Both the position numbers and the translations under genes were made by a program. A DNA stretch of 64,000 nucleotides, taken from IMG/VR virus record IMGVR_UViG_3300038345_000144; one strand, given 5' to 3'. This stretch comes from a virus (lineage: Duplodnaviria; Caudoviricetes). Shown one piece after another: positions 47,377 through 56,319 of the stretch (position 1 is its first letter; every line of letters starts with the position of its first letter). The notes beneath the pieces were generated by a model, which was not told where the DNA came from, made no database searches, and saw nothing but the letters and a program-made list of their open reading frames with translations.

Positions 47377-48681
47377 TTATTGTTCGTCTTTCTTAACCTT
47401 AATCTTTCTAATAACGACTAAAGCACCGCCCATAAGACCAGCCAAAGCGATGAAAGGTAATACTCTCATCAAGAAACCTGTTGTAGATGGAGCGTTTGCC
47501 GTATTATAGAACTCTAATAAGAAACCCCTATTAGTAACTTCTTTAGACACATCCGTTAGAGAGTTCCTTGAAAGATAGTCTGAAACTGGCTTTCTTGTTA
47601 CACCAAGTTGACCATTAGGCTGTAATACCTCATCTGTGAAAGAGTCATCAGATGTTGTTAATGTGTAAGTCAACTTTGTATTATTTGTCTCGATTACAGA
47701 TAAAGATACATAAGGAGCAATACCGTAAATATAGCAACTTTTATCATCTGCCAAGCCAACAGCATAAGATTTGCTTGCTTCTGCTAACTGTCCCTCAACA
47801 GTACCAGCGAAAACGATGCCCTCGTAAGGAACCTCCTCTGCACCAGGAGCCGTATTTACACGCTCATCTCTTAAAGTGATGGTGAACGGGAATGGGTGAG
47901 TAGTATCTGCCATATTACCGTCAATCTGCTTTGTAATAATAACATTATAAGTTTCATAACGGTCAACAGAATTATCATCACCTACGCTGTATGTATAAAC
48001 ATCGTCAGCAGTTCCATCTTCGCCATCTTGACCAGCAGTATGAGTCTCGATAACATCTCCACCAATGACATAGCCTGGTGTTTTCTTGGTATCTGCAACT
48101 ACGACAGGCGGGATTTCATCAAGGAGTACATAACCACTGATTTCTAACTTACCACTTGTGCTATTTCTTACTACATAAACATCAAGTTCTCTTGTAGTGT
48201 CAAAATCAGCACTTCTCATAATACCTGCTCTATACAAGTTTTCTGTTGGGGTTACATCGGTAATTGTGTAACGATAGATACCAGGATTTTCAAACTTATC
48301 CAAATCTACCGTAAGTTCGATATTTTTAACCAACTGCTTGTTCAAAGCCGTACCCTCTGACTCTACTAATTCAGGAGTAAAAACAAGTTCAACTCCCTCG
48401 GTAAGACCACCTTCAGGACCAGCCAAAACTGGAGCCGAGATATTAGCGGAGTCTGTTACTGCACCAAGATTTGTTGATGGTGCGATGCTGAATATATAAG
48501 TAATTTCGGGTGAATAAGACTTATCATATCCAGTATTTTGAATAATTATTCCTTTCGGAATACTGATTGTGGTGTCGGAGGTATTCGATATACCATCTTC
48601 ACCGATTGTTGCCGCAAATGTAGGTACTGCCATTATCCCTACGGTGAGCAACGCAACTAAAACCTTTGCGATTTTCTTCAT
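47377..48681 (-). CDS. pilin-like sortase substrate (probable backbone pilin)
   Basis: signal peptide; F..PGIYRY.IT; ITKQI.GNMAD....F.FTI; NAPSTTG + TM + basic tail. Confidence 0.75.
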   Translation of the reverse strand: MKKIAKVLVALLTVGIMAVPTFAATIGEDGISNTSDTTISIPKGIIIQNTGYDKSYSPEITYIFSIAPSTNLGAVTDSANISAPVLAGPEGGLTEGVELVFTPELVESEGTALNKQLVKNIELTVDLDKFENPGIYRYTITDVTPTENLYRAGIMRSADFDTTRELDVYVVRNSTSGKLEISGYVLLDEIPPVVVADTKKTPGYVIGGDVIETHTAGQDGEDGTADDVYTYSVGDDNSVDRYETYNVIITKQIDGNMADTTHPFPFTITLRDERVNTAPGAEEVPYEGIVFAGTVEGQLAEASKSYAVGLADDKSCYIYGIAPYVSLSVIETNNTKLTYTLTTSDDSFTDEVLQPNGQLGVTRKPVSDYLSRNSLTDVSKEVTNRGFLLEFYNTANAPSTTGFLMRVLPFIALAGLMGGALVVIRKIKVKKDEQ

Positions 48682-50015
48682 TTGTTCGTGTTTCCTTTCT
48701 TCTTTTTAACAACTATTATTGTTGCAGTTAAGCCAGTGATACCAACCAGTGCTATTCCTGCAAGAATAAACAAGTTAATATTGTCACCTGTTTTAGGTGA
48801 AGGCGGGAAGATAATCAAAGGGTTGTCTTTAACTGTGATAGGCACTAAAATACTACTGCCCTCATAGGAAACGCCCTCTGCATCTGGAGTTATATAGAAT
48901 TTATCGGGATTGATTTCATATCCAGCAGGAGCCTTTGTTTCTTGAATATAATACTCTCTGCCGTCAATAGGAACTGTAAACTCTAAATTACCGTTGGCAT
49001 CGGTAAGTCCAACACAAGGATTGCCGTTAATATCGTCTACAATGTTACCATCAGTATCATAAAGGGTAAATTCTGCACCCTTGAGGTAATACTTAATGTT
49101 ACCAGAAGAAACTTTGGCAATCTTAACATTAAAAGAAGTATAAGCAACAGGACTGCTCATCATAGTTACTGTATAAATATTATCACCGTCTTGTTTTGCC
49201 CAAGAGCCAGTATTTCCGTGTTCAGCAACTTCGTCCTTTACTACTGAATAGCCCTTATCTAAAAGTCCTTGTAAAGTAACCTCATACATACCATAAGCGT
49301 CAGAACCACTTGTAGCGTTAACAGGGTCCATAAGGAGCATAGGCTCATTGAAACGAGCAACGCCCTTAACTACTGTTGTATTAGTCTTTTCAACTACTAC
49401 GGGTTCATCAAAGGTATAAGCCAGAGGCTCAAGAACAACAGGGTCATTATCTACTACTGTTTGTCCGAAAGGTTCGTGGCTTTCTGTAAACACAATGTCA
49501 TCAGCAATTTGTGTTCCATCGTTGTCTACAAACCTAAAAATAATATTACTATTAACAATCGCTGGTACATAAACAAATCCAGTATCTTTTACACCACTGG
49601 CGGTATAGAAGTGATAACTGGAAAGAACTAATTGACCATTATCATATAACACAGTAACATCGAGAAGTCTGTATTCGTTCTGTGATGTATTGGTCAAGCG
49701 GTATCTGTAAGTACCTGCGTGGTCAAAAGGTGTAACATCAAAGGACATTGTGATGGGCTTTGTCTGCTTTTTACCGTCTGACAAAGAAAAGTCGAGAGTT
49801 TCAGTCTGTAATACGACACCACCCTCAACACCTTTTTCAATTCCATCAATTCCTTCGGGTTCTTCTGCTTCGAGAGTATAAGAGAAACTGCGTGAAGTTA
49901 TGGAAGTTCCCTCGAAACTATTAGTTTGACTAATAGTTATACTGTCGTCTGCATATACTACACCTCCGAAAAGCATTACACATACACATAATAAGGCTAT
50001 CACGGCTTTTCGCAT
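48678..50015 (-). CDS. ancillary pilin with SpaA/Cna-B-like domain
   Basis: signal peptide; F.HAGTYRY; LKGAEFTLY...TDANG...YYIQETKAPAGY; SPKTGD + TM + KKKK. Confidence 0.8.
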   Translation of the reverse strand: MRKAVIALLCVCVMLFGGVVYADDSITISQTNSFEGTSITSRSFSYTLEAEEPEGIDGIEKGVEGGVVLQTETLDFSLSDGKKQTKPITMSFDVTPFDHAGTYRYRLTNTSQNEYRLLDVTVLYDNGQLVLSSYHFYTASGVKDTGFVYVPAIVNSNIIFRFVDNDGTQIADDIVFTESHEPFGQTVVDNDPVVLEPLAYTFDEPVVVEKTNTTVVKGVARFNEPMLLMDPVNATSGSDAYGMYEVTLQGLLDKGYSVVKDEVAEHGNTGSWAKQDGDNIYTVTMMSSPVAYTSFNVKIAKVSSGNIKYYLKGAEFTLYDTDGNIVDDINGNPCVGLTDANGNLEFTVPIDGREYYIQETKAPAGYEINPDKFYITPDAEGVSYEGSSILVPITVKDNPLIIFPPSPKTGDNINLFILAGIALVGITGLTATIIVVKKKKGNTNK

Positions 50016-50080
50016 TGAGTATATTCCTCCCTATACAAATTATTATTTCTCTGATATTTCTACCAGTAATTAACAAGATA

Positions 50081-50089
50081 ATTATATCA
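50081..50089 (-). promoter_or_regulatory. extended -10 promoter candidate for the pilus operon
   Basis: TGATATAAT about 65 nt upstream of the start codon. Confidence 0.45.
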
Positions 50090-50177
50090 TCTTATTTGTT
50101 CAAAAAATACAATTTTTAGTCAACTATTTAAGGCAATTTGCCCCAAATATTGCCTAAATATCACCTTTTTTTAATAT

Positions 50178-50218
50178 AAAATGCCCCCGTATATAATTAC
50201 TACACACGGGGACAATTT
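50178..50218 (-). terminator. probable terminator after the vWA gene
   Basis: CCCCGTGTGTAGTAATTATATACGGGG hairpin followed by CATTTT. Confidence 0.55.
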
Positions 50219-50233
50219 ATGCGTATATTTACT

Positions 50234-50905
50234 TTACTGGAGTTCTTCGTCCATCTTGGCAGATGCTTCATCAACCATAGCGTCAAACGCCATCGGAGCA
50301 AAGGAGTCTGCCTCCATTCTCTTGCCTCGTACTAAAGAAGCCGTACAGGACATAGCCTTATAAACGGAGTCTGTTCCTGCCTTGCTTGCTGTGTACTTCT
50401 TGGCTAATCGAGCATCAATACCCAAATCGCCAGAAACCTTCTCAACATCAATATTTGCACCAATAAAGGAGAATATCCAACTATACTTTTCTCTCTGGTG
50501 CTTAATCATACCCTGAACATCCTGCCAAGAGTATTCCTTACTGGCATTTTCCATACCATCAGTAATAATAGTAACCATAACGGTTCCTGCTCGCTCTTCT
50601 TCAGGTGTTTTTGCTAAATTCGCACCAACTGAATTGATTGTCTTACCTACTGCATCGAGCATAGCCGTACAACCTAAAGGTCTATATTCCTTGTCGGTCA
50701 GGGGTTTTACATCTTTGAGAGGCACTCTGTCGTGGAGGACAATATATCTGTCATCGAATAAAACTGTGGTAACTAATGCGTCACCCTTCTCCTTCTTTTG
50801 GTCCTCAATCAGAGTATTGTAGCCTCCGATGGTATCTTCTGTGAGCCGTCCCATTGAACCACTCATATCGAGAATAAATACCAGTTCTGTTAAGTCTTTT
50901 CTCAT
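50234..50905 (-). CDS. von Willebrand factor A domain protein
   Basis: ILDMSGSM MIDAS motif, T.MLDA.G, IITDG.ENAS. Confidence 0.9.
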   Translation of the reverse strand: MRKDLTELVFILDMSGSMGRLTEDTIGGYNTLIEDQKKEKGDALVTTVLFDDRYIVLHDRVPLKDVKPLTDKEYRPLGCTAMLDAVGKTINSVGANLAKTPEEERAGTVMVTIITDGMENASKEYSWQDVQGMIKHQREKYSWIFSFIGANIDVEKVSGDLGIDARLAKKYTASKAGTDSVYKAMSCTASLVRGKRMEADSFAPMAFDAMVDEASAKMDEELQ

Positions 50906-51369
50906 TCGTCTTGTGTTCCTTTCTTTTTATTTATTTGTTTTCTTGGGTGTATGGTATTCCATACATACTCCAAAAATGCGTCTTTATTTACCATAATCTG
51001 GTCATAGACATCTATCTTCATCTCGTCGCCGTATTTCGTTAAGTTAAAGAAGTCAAGGCTCTTTGATAATTCGTCATTGATGTCCAGTACCAACGGTGTC
51101 CATTTATCATTGGCAAACATAGAGGTTATTTCAACTTGGTTATCTTTTCTAATCCAAATGGTTTCCCACTCGCATTTGCTCCAGTAATAATACCTCAAGT
51201 CTTTTTCAAATTGCTCGCAAAAATCTTTATAATCAGGGTACTTTCTAATGAGTTTTTTAAGGTCTTCCATAAGACTATAATGATTGAACACATTAAATTC
51301 CCTAATGTTCCTACGATTAAAGTCCTCTATATAAACCATCCACTTTAAGTCATTTAGTTTTTTAGTCAT
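50902..51369 (-). CDS. phage-type hypothetical protein
   Basis: FNVF.H...YYWSKCEWE...KIDVYDQI. Confidence 0.75.
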   Translation of the reverse strand: MTKKLNDLKWMVYIEDFNRRNIREFNVFNHYSLMEDLKKLIRKYPDYKDFCEQFEKDLRYYYWSKCEWETIWIRKDNQVEITSMFANDKWTPLVLDINDELSKSLDFFNLTKYGDEMKIDVYDQIMVNKDAFLEYVWNTIHPRKQINKKKGTQDE

Positions 51370-51383
51370 AAAAATTACCTCCG

Positions 51384-51418
51384 AAAAGAATAAAGCGGGC
51401 TTGAATACCCGCTTTTTT
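51384..51418. terminator. possibly bidirectional terminator in the 5' leader
   Basis: AAAGCGGG-N8-CCCGCTTT with A/T tracts on both sides. Confidence 0.65.
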
Positions 51419-51469
51419 GCGTATTGTACTTAATTTTCTCTCGATATAGGTTTTTATTACCATAATCCT

Positions 51470-51498
51470 ATTATATACCTTAATTTATATTTTGTGAA
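51470..51498 (-). promoter_or_regulatory. sigma70/SigA-type promoter
   Basis: TTCACA-17 nt-TATAAT. Confidence 0.6.
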
Positions 51499-51524
51499 GT
51501 GAGTTGAATGATTTTTTTATTTTT

Positions 51525-51836
51525 TCAGGCTAAAGTATCTAAATAATCCAGCAATTCACGGACCGAGCCAATAGAATAAGGCGTTTCAAGGGTTCCCATA
51601 GACCTATCGTAAACCCACCATTCTTCACCCTCGCCAGTATCATTCCAGATAGCATTAGCAAGGTGCTGTACCATATTCATATTTTCTTCGTCAACTTCGT
51701 GCTTGATTAACTCCTTCATAGAATAAAAATCCATAAGGTAATCAACGCCAATATCATTATCCAGAAGTAACTGTATAGCATCATCAAAGGATAAATCATT
51801 CTTCTTAATGTAATCTTTTGCTTCCTGAATAGTCAT
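51525..51836 (-). CDS. hypothetical protein
   Basis: start at MTIQE after GGAGG. Confidence 0.7.
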   Translation of the reverse strand: MTIQEAKDYIKKNDLSFDDAIQLLLDNDIGVDYLMDFYSMKELIKHEVDEENMNMVQHLANAIWNDTGEGEEWWVYDRSMGTLETPYSIGSVRELLDYLDTLA

Positions 51837-51855
51837 TATTTTGTACCTCCAACCA

Positions 51856-52092
51856 CTATATATAGCGTTTTGCTTCTTCAAAACTGTTATAACTACAAGA
51901 TGTAGTACCTTCACTTAATCGAGAAACAAAGTAAAACCTGCTACCCTCGTTTGTAACATCGGCTACAATAATTGCAGTATCTTCGTCCTGAATATTAACA
52001 CCAAGCACCCTAATCGTAGACTCTGGATAGGCACTCCTGAACAATTTTTTGAATTCTTCTCTTAATTCCATAGCCTGTTCTTCGGTAATCAT
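51856..52092 (-). CDS. hypothetical protein
   Basis: 78-aa ORF. Confidence 0.7.
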   Translation of the reverse strand: MITEEQAMELREEFKKLFRSAYPESTIRVLGVNIQDEDTAIIVADVTNEGSRFYFVSRLSEGTTSCSYNSFEEAKRYI

Positions 52093-52093
52093 A

Positions 52094-52582
52094 TTAAACC
52101 TCTTTCTTTATGTATAAGTGCCAAGCCGTATAACAGTCATCGTCAGAAGGCTCTGCGTCCTCATACTTCTGGATGTAGCCCAAACTTCCCATCAAGGCTT
52201 TGCAATAAAGATGTTCGTGCTTCCAGTCGCCCATTATAATATGAATATGAACTCCCTCATCATCTTCGTAAAGTTCGTCCACCATTCCATAGAAATTATG
52301 GTCACGGAAGTATTTTTCAATGAATTCTTCTGTTGTCATAGAGCCATCATTTTCAGGGGGAGCCAATTCTTTCATATCATAAGTACGGAGTTCGTCAGTA
52401 TTCAAAACACCGTCAAGTAAAACAAAAGTACCCCAAGTACCCTTATCATTCTGACCATCACGCTCATCTAACGCTCTCAAATCCGAGGGGATAGTGCCAG
52501 GTCCGATACCGTGTGTGGTAAAATACCAATATCTTCTCTTCTCGTAAGGAACTTCATCTGAATATCTTGCAGGCTTTTCCAT
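52094..52582 (-). CDS. hypothetical protein, weak DarA-C-like N-domain
   Basis: WY......PGTIP...G.....L...EL..YD.; weak resemblance only. Confidence 0.6.
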   Translation of the reverse strand: MEKPARYSDEVPYEKRRYWYFTTHGIGPGTIPSDLRALDERDGQNDKGTWGTFVLLDGVLNTDELRTYDMKELAPPENDGSMTTEEFIEKYFRDHNFYGMVDELYEDDEGVHIHIIMGDWKHEHLYCKALMGSLGYIQKYEDAEPSDDDCYTAWHLYIKKEV

Positions 52583-52583
52583 A

Positions 52584-52967
52584 TCAATTCTCCTTATTTT
52601 CTGCACATTTTGTCGGGTGGTATTCTTTCCACTCTTCCAAAGTTACGCTAAATTGGTTAAGATAATCCTTAACGGCATTACCTACTCTATAATCTGGGTC
52701 ATCTATCAACTGGTCTAACCCATAGCCCTGTGAAACCACCATCGCTCTAACATACCAGTCCGTATCGTTAATCAGAATATCAAGACCATATCCTCTACTG
52801 GCAACCATTGACCTGATAAATGGGTTCACATCATAAACCAACTTATCCAGTCCATAGCCGTGACTCGCCGCACCTCTGCGGATATAATCACTCTTGTTAT
52901 CCACAATTTTATCTAACTCTGGGTCTGTTCCGTAAGGTGTCCACTCACAAGTTTTAGATATATACAT
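52584..52967 (-). CDS. short HEAT-like repeat protein
   Basis: three to four 21-aa repeats R..VA..GYGLD.L..D. Confidence 0.75.
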   Translation of the reverse strand: MYISKTCEWTPYGTDPELDKIVDNKSDYIRRGAASHGYGLDKLVYDVNPFIRSMVASRGYGLDILINDTDWYVRAMVVSQGYGLDQLIDDPDYRVGNAVKDYLNQFSVTLEEWKEYHPTKCAENKEN

Positions 52968-52977
52968 AAATTCCCCC

Positions 52978-53442
52978 TTAATGGTCTAAAAAGTTTCCAA
53001 GACCGTACTTTGTTCCGTTAAAATCAGTGTATTCAGGCTCGAAAGTAATTCTGCCAGTGATATATACAACTGTTCTCTTACCGTTCTTCTCAAAATCGGC
53101 TAATAAGAACTTGCTGTCGTCAACCTCGCCTGTGAAGTCCTCAATATATTCAATATATTTAGTAACCCAAGTTTTTATGGCTACCCAGAATATGTTTCTA
53201 CCAATCTCACCGATATATCTTTGATTTTTGGAAAACTTCATAACAAAGGTAATCTCTGGGTCAATGAATTTTTCGAGATTTTGCTCAAATCGCTCTCTAC
53301 ACTTCTCTGCAAGAGCCTCATCACCATATCCCCATTCTGTACCGTCAGAACACCATTCCTCAAACCAGCCTAACAGGTACTCTCTATCGTCTTTATCGTC
53401 CATAGAAATTGTTGCTGTAAGAACAAGGTCAGTAAATTTCAT
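52978..53442 (-). CDS. hypothetical protein
   Basis: 154-aa ORF with SD. Confidence 0.75.
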   Translation of the reverse strand: MKFTDLVLTATISMDDKDDREYLLGWFEEWCSDGTEWGYGDEALAEKCRERFEQNLEKFIDPEITFVMKFSKNQRYIGEIGRNIFWVAIKTWVTKYIEYIEDFTGEVDDSKFLLADFEKNGKRTVVYITGRITFEPEYTDFNGTKYGLGNFLDH

Positions 53443-53455
53443 ACAAAATCTCCTT

Positions 53456-54046
53456 TTATGCTAAATATTCCTTAAATTTTTTTATTCGCAAGTCTTTACA
53501 TTCATCTTCACCTAACATTTCTCTATCGCCAATATAGATACACATAAGGAGCAATTTAACTTTACCCAACTTGTCTAATTCGTCGGTAAATTTGGAATAT
53601 GCGTCGTGACACCCCCAAGCACCCCAACGGCTTGCGTGTTTCTCTTGCCACTCTGATTTAATTTCATAGGCACATTTTTCAACAAGTGGGAGGTCAATTT
53701 CTTTGATACAATCATATACATCGTCAATGCCAATACTCATACCTGCTCCTAACCAAATTTCATTTCTACATACAGCATCAGTGAGTAAAGGAAAAGATTT
53801 GATTAACAAGTCTTCTTTCTCTCGATTAGTTAGTCCATCAGGGACAATAAAATCACCTAATTTGTCTAACTCCGCAAAAACATCTTCTATGGCAGGAGCC
53901 ATATATTGTTCAGGATGGTCAACAATCCATTGTAACTCGGCTTTTGTTAAACCTGCATAGTCGCTCATATCCAAACGACTTTTATCTATACCTTTTGCTT
54001 TAAGTTGGTTTTGAAAATAGTCCATTGAACCTGAATAGTCTCTCAT
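53456..54046 (-). CDS. hypothetical protein
   Basis: 196-aa ORF with SD. Confidence 0.75.
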   Translation of the reverse strand: MRDYSGSMDYFQNQLKAKGIDKSRLDMSDYAGLTKAELQWIVDHPEQYMAPAIEDVFAELDKLGDFIVPDGLTNREKEDLLIKSFPLLTDAVCRNEIWLGAGMSIGIDDVYDCIKEIDLPLVEKCAYEIKSEWQEKHASRWGAWGCHDAYSKFTDELDKLGKVKLLLMCIYIGDREMLGEDECKDLRIKKFKEYLA

Positions 54047-54059
54047 ACAAATACTCCTT

Positions 54060-54452
54060 TTATTGTCCTAAATTTTCATTAACTAATCCATCAAATATGA
54101 ATTGGAATAGAAAATCATCGCAAAACTCTCTGAAGGCTTCCATATTGGTTTCATAATAACCCTCTTTCTTCATTTCATCAATAACATCAGGGTCATCAAC
54201 AACCTTATCAAAGATTTTCAAAAAGTCGCTGTCTGGATAGTCGGTATAGACATCATCCAGTACCTCTTCTTTGAGATTTTCCACATCATCTTCAGACATC
54301 ATTTCTACTGGCTGATAGTCATAAAAATCTCTGCCTGATGGGTGGCTGATGGGCTTACACCACTTCTCGTTCTCAAAAGATAAACGATATTTTAGGTTTT
54401 CCATAACATTGTCATAGTAACCATTATTTTTAGCATATTGAAGTGTCAACAT
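54060..54452 (-). CDS. acidic hypothetical protein
   Basis: 130-aa ORF with SD. Confidence 0.75.
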   Translation of the reverse strand: MLTLQYAKNNGYYDNVMENLKYRLSFENEKWCKPISHPSGRDFYDYQPVEMMSEDDVENLKEEVLDDVYTDYPDSDFLKIFDKVVDDPDVIDEMKKEGYYETNMEAFREFCDDFLFQFIFDGLVNENLGQ

Positions 54453-54464
54453 ACTGGTATCTCC

Positions 54465-54803
54465 TTATAATTCTAACTGCAAACCTATCCTTACGGGATA
54501 AGGCTGTCCATAGATTTCGGTTTCTATACAAGCCGAGTTGGTATGAACATAAACACCCTCATAAGAGTCTTCCTCTCTTTCCCAAGTAAAATCAAACTGC
54601 TTATAGTTCTTTAACAAGAACTCTCTTACTTGGGTATTCCTGATTTTCATACAAAAATCTTTGAACTCCTCTAAACTGTTGCAAGGAGCGATAACACCCT
54701 CACCCCCGATGGATATACCACCAGAACGAGTGTTTGCAATACCTAATTTGGTATATATCTCTTTTAACTGATTACCAAGTTCAATACATTCTGTTAATCT
54801 CAT
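54465..54803 (-). CDS. hypothetical protein
   Basis: 112-aa ORF with SD. Confidence 0.75.
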   Translation of the reverse strand: MRLTECIELGNQLKEIYTKLGIANTRSGGISIGGEGVIAPCNSLEEFKDFCMKIRNTQVREFLLKNYKQFDFTWEREEDSYEGVYVHTNSACIETEIYGQPYPVRIGLQLEL

Positions 54804-54814
54804 ACCATATCTCC

Positions 54815-55339
54815 TTATTTATTGCCCCAGCGTAGATAGAATGGAACGCCATTATATTCAGTACGCAATACATCGCCATCTAATTTACCACCTTCATCAA
54901 AGACACTCTGAACAAGCGTAGCAAATTCGTCTTTTGGAGATTGTCCATAAAAATCAATGGTAACAAAACTTCCATTTAACTGAATTTGGTAGGAATAACC
55001 ACTTAAATCCCACATTCTTTTAGCAATACTGATTACTCTATCGCAGGCTTCTGGAGTTAATGCTTCTTTGGGACAATTTGAACCCTCGCTCCAAGTACAA
55101 TTCCACCAACGAACCCCTTTAAGATGATTTTCGCTGGATAAAACGGTCTTAACCCCAAGATTTTGCCACAGTTCTGATATGTGCTTTGCATCACGGTAAA
55201 AAGATATGATACAGGGTTCTTCATTCCCGTGTTCATAATACATACCAATATCTACAAATTCTTGTATGATACTATGCAATTCTTGAAATAACGGTATGCA
55301 ATCGTCACGAAGTTCAATCAATTTCTTTTCTGTAAGCAT
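54815..55339 (-). CDS. hypothetical protein, paralogue of 60120
   Basis: KLI..RD.C...QEL; G..W.N; AKR; Y.GV shared. Confidence 0.8.
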   Translation of the reverse strand: MLTEKKLIELRDDCIPLFQELHSIIQEFVDIGMYYEHGNEEPCIISFYRDAKHISELWQNLGVKTVLSSENHLKGVRWWNCTWSEGSNCPKEALTPEACDRVISIAKRMWDLSGYSYQIQLNGSFVTIDFYGQSPKDEFATLVQSVFDEGGKLDGDVLRTEYNGVPFYLRWGNK

Positions 55340-55351
55340 AAGAATTCTCCT

Positions 55352-55540
55352 TTATAAGTCCCAATAGCCGTATTCAACAGCGTATTTATACACTTCTTGG
55401 GCAAAATCGCTGGCTACTTGCTGTGCTTCAATAAACTCACGAAAATAACCCAAGTCCTCAAATACAGTTGGAGTTATATGAACTTTAATGTTGTTGTATT
55501 TCATTACACTATTCAATATATAGTTTGGGAGGGTTTCCAC
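55352..55540 (-). CDS. small hypothetical protein
   Basis: 62-aa ORF, start uncertain. Confidence 0.6.
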   Translation of the reverse strand: METLPNYILNSVMKYNNIKVHITPTVFEDLGYFREFIEAQQVASDFAQEVYKYAVEYGYWDL

Positions 55541-55682
55541 TATTGAAATTATCTAAACGAATATCCCCAAACTTATCTGAAACCATAATAACAGCGTCAT
55601 CAGGAACCGATGCTAACCATTTCTTCAACTCGGCTACTGTAACCGTGTCATTCTGTCGGAGATAGAATAATACCTTTTCCAT
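55509..55682 (-). CDS. small hypothetical protein, paralogue of 10886
   Basis: start at MEKV after AGGAGG. Confidence 0.7.
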   Translation of the reverse strand: MEKVLFYLRQNDTVTVAELKKWLASVPDDAVIMVSDKFGDIRLDNFNSGNPPKLYIE

Positions 55683-55693
55683 ATAAACCTCCT

Positions 55694-56257
55694 TTAAGGC
55701 AACCATTCATAAAGTACGCCACAATCACCAACATACTTGCCCTCTCTGGTCTCAACTTGGAACTTAATTTTCGTATGAGTGTCATTAGGGTCAATGTAAT
55801 ACCTACCATTATAGTAGATTACACCTGTAAGGGCTGTGGAGTCTTCTCTGCCATCATAAGCAGGAATAATGAGCCTAATATCCTTATTGAGTTCTTCAAG
55901 ATAATCAGGAACTACCATTGTTTCCATAAACTCAACGAATTTCTGGCACTTACCAAGCATAGTAAGTACATCGTCAAGGTTCATTTCGCTTGTCTTCTTA
56001 CCGTCAATCTCACCCTCATAGAAGGTAGCAATACTTACCGAGAAGTCCTCGCAATAATCGTTAATCCCCAGCCTGATATTGATGTTATACTCAACATCAT
56101 CTATGGTTTTAACGAACTTATAGGTTTTTGATGTTAAAGGAAGAAGATTTCTATGAATTGAGTCGTCTATAAAGTCCTTTTCAACTCTGGGGTGAGGTGA
56201 GTTATCAAAACAACTCTCATAGATGTTTGATTTTACTGAAAAAGTATCGTACAGCAT
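55694..56257 (-). CDS. hypothetical protein
   Basis: 187-aa ORF, AGGAGG SD. Confidence 0.75.
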   Translation of the reverse strand: MLYDTFSVKSNIYESCFDNSPHPRVEKDFIDDSIHRNLLPLTSKTYKFVKTIDDVEYNINIRLGINDYCEDFSVSIATFYEGEIDGKKTSEMNLDDVLTMLGKCQKFVEFMETMVVPDYLEELNKDIRLIIPAYDGREDSTALTGVIYYNGRYYIDPNDTHTKIKFQVETREGKYVGDCGVLYEWLP

Positions 56258-56281
56258 ACTAATTCCTCCTAAAAATAATGT

Positions 56282-56319
56282 AGTTTCTTATTATTAGCAT
56301 AGAAACTGAATAGTGTCAA
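56282..56319 (-). promoter_or_regulatory. SigA-type promoter overlapping the last CRISPR-like repeat, with operator-like inverted repeat
   Basis: TTGACA-17 nt-TAATAAT preceded by TG; AGTTTCT...AGAAACT around the -10. Confidence 0.6.

Noticed and set aside
52094-52582. Firm DarA anti-restriction call
   Set aside because: The resemblance is too weak to assign without a profile search.
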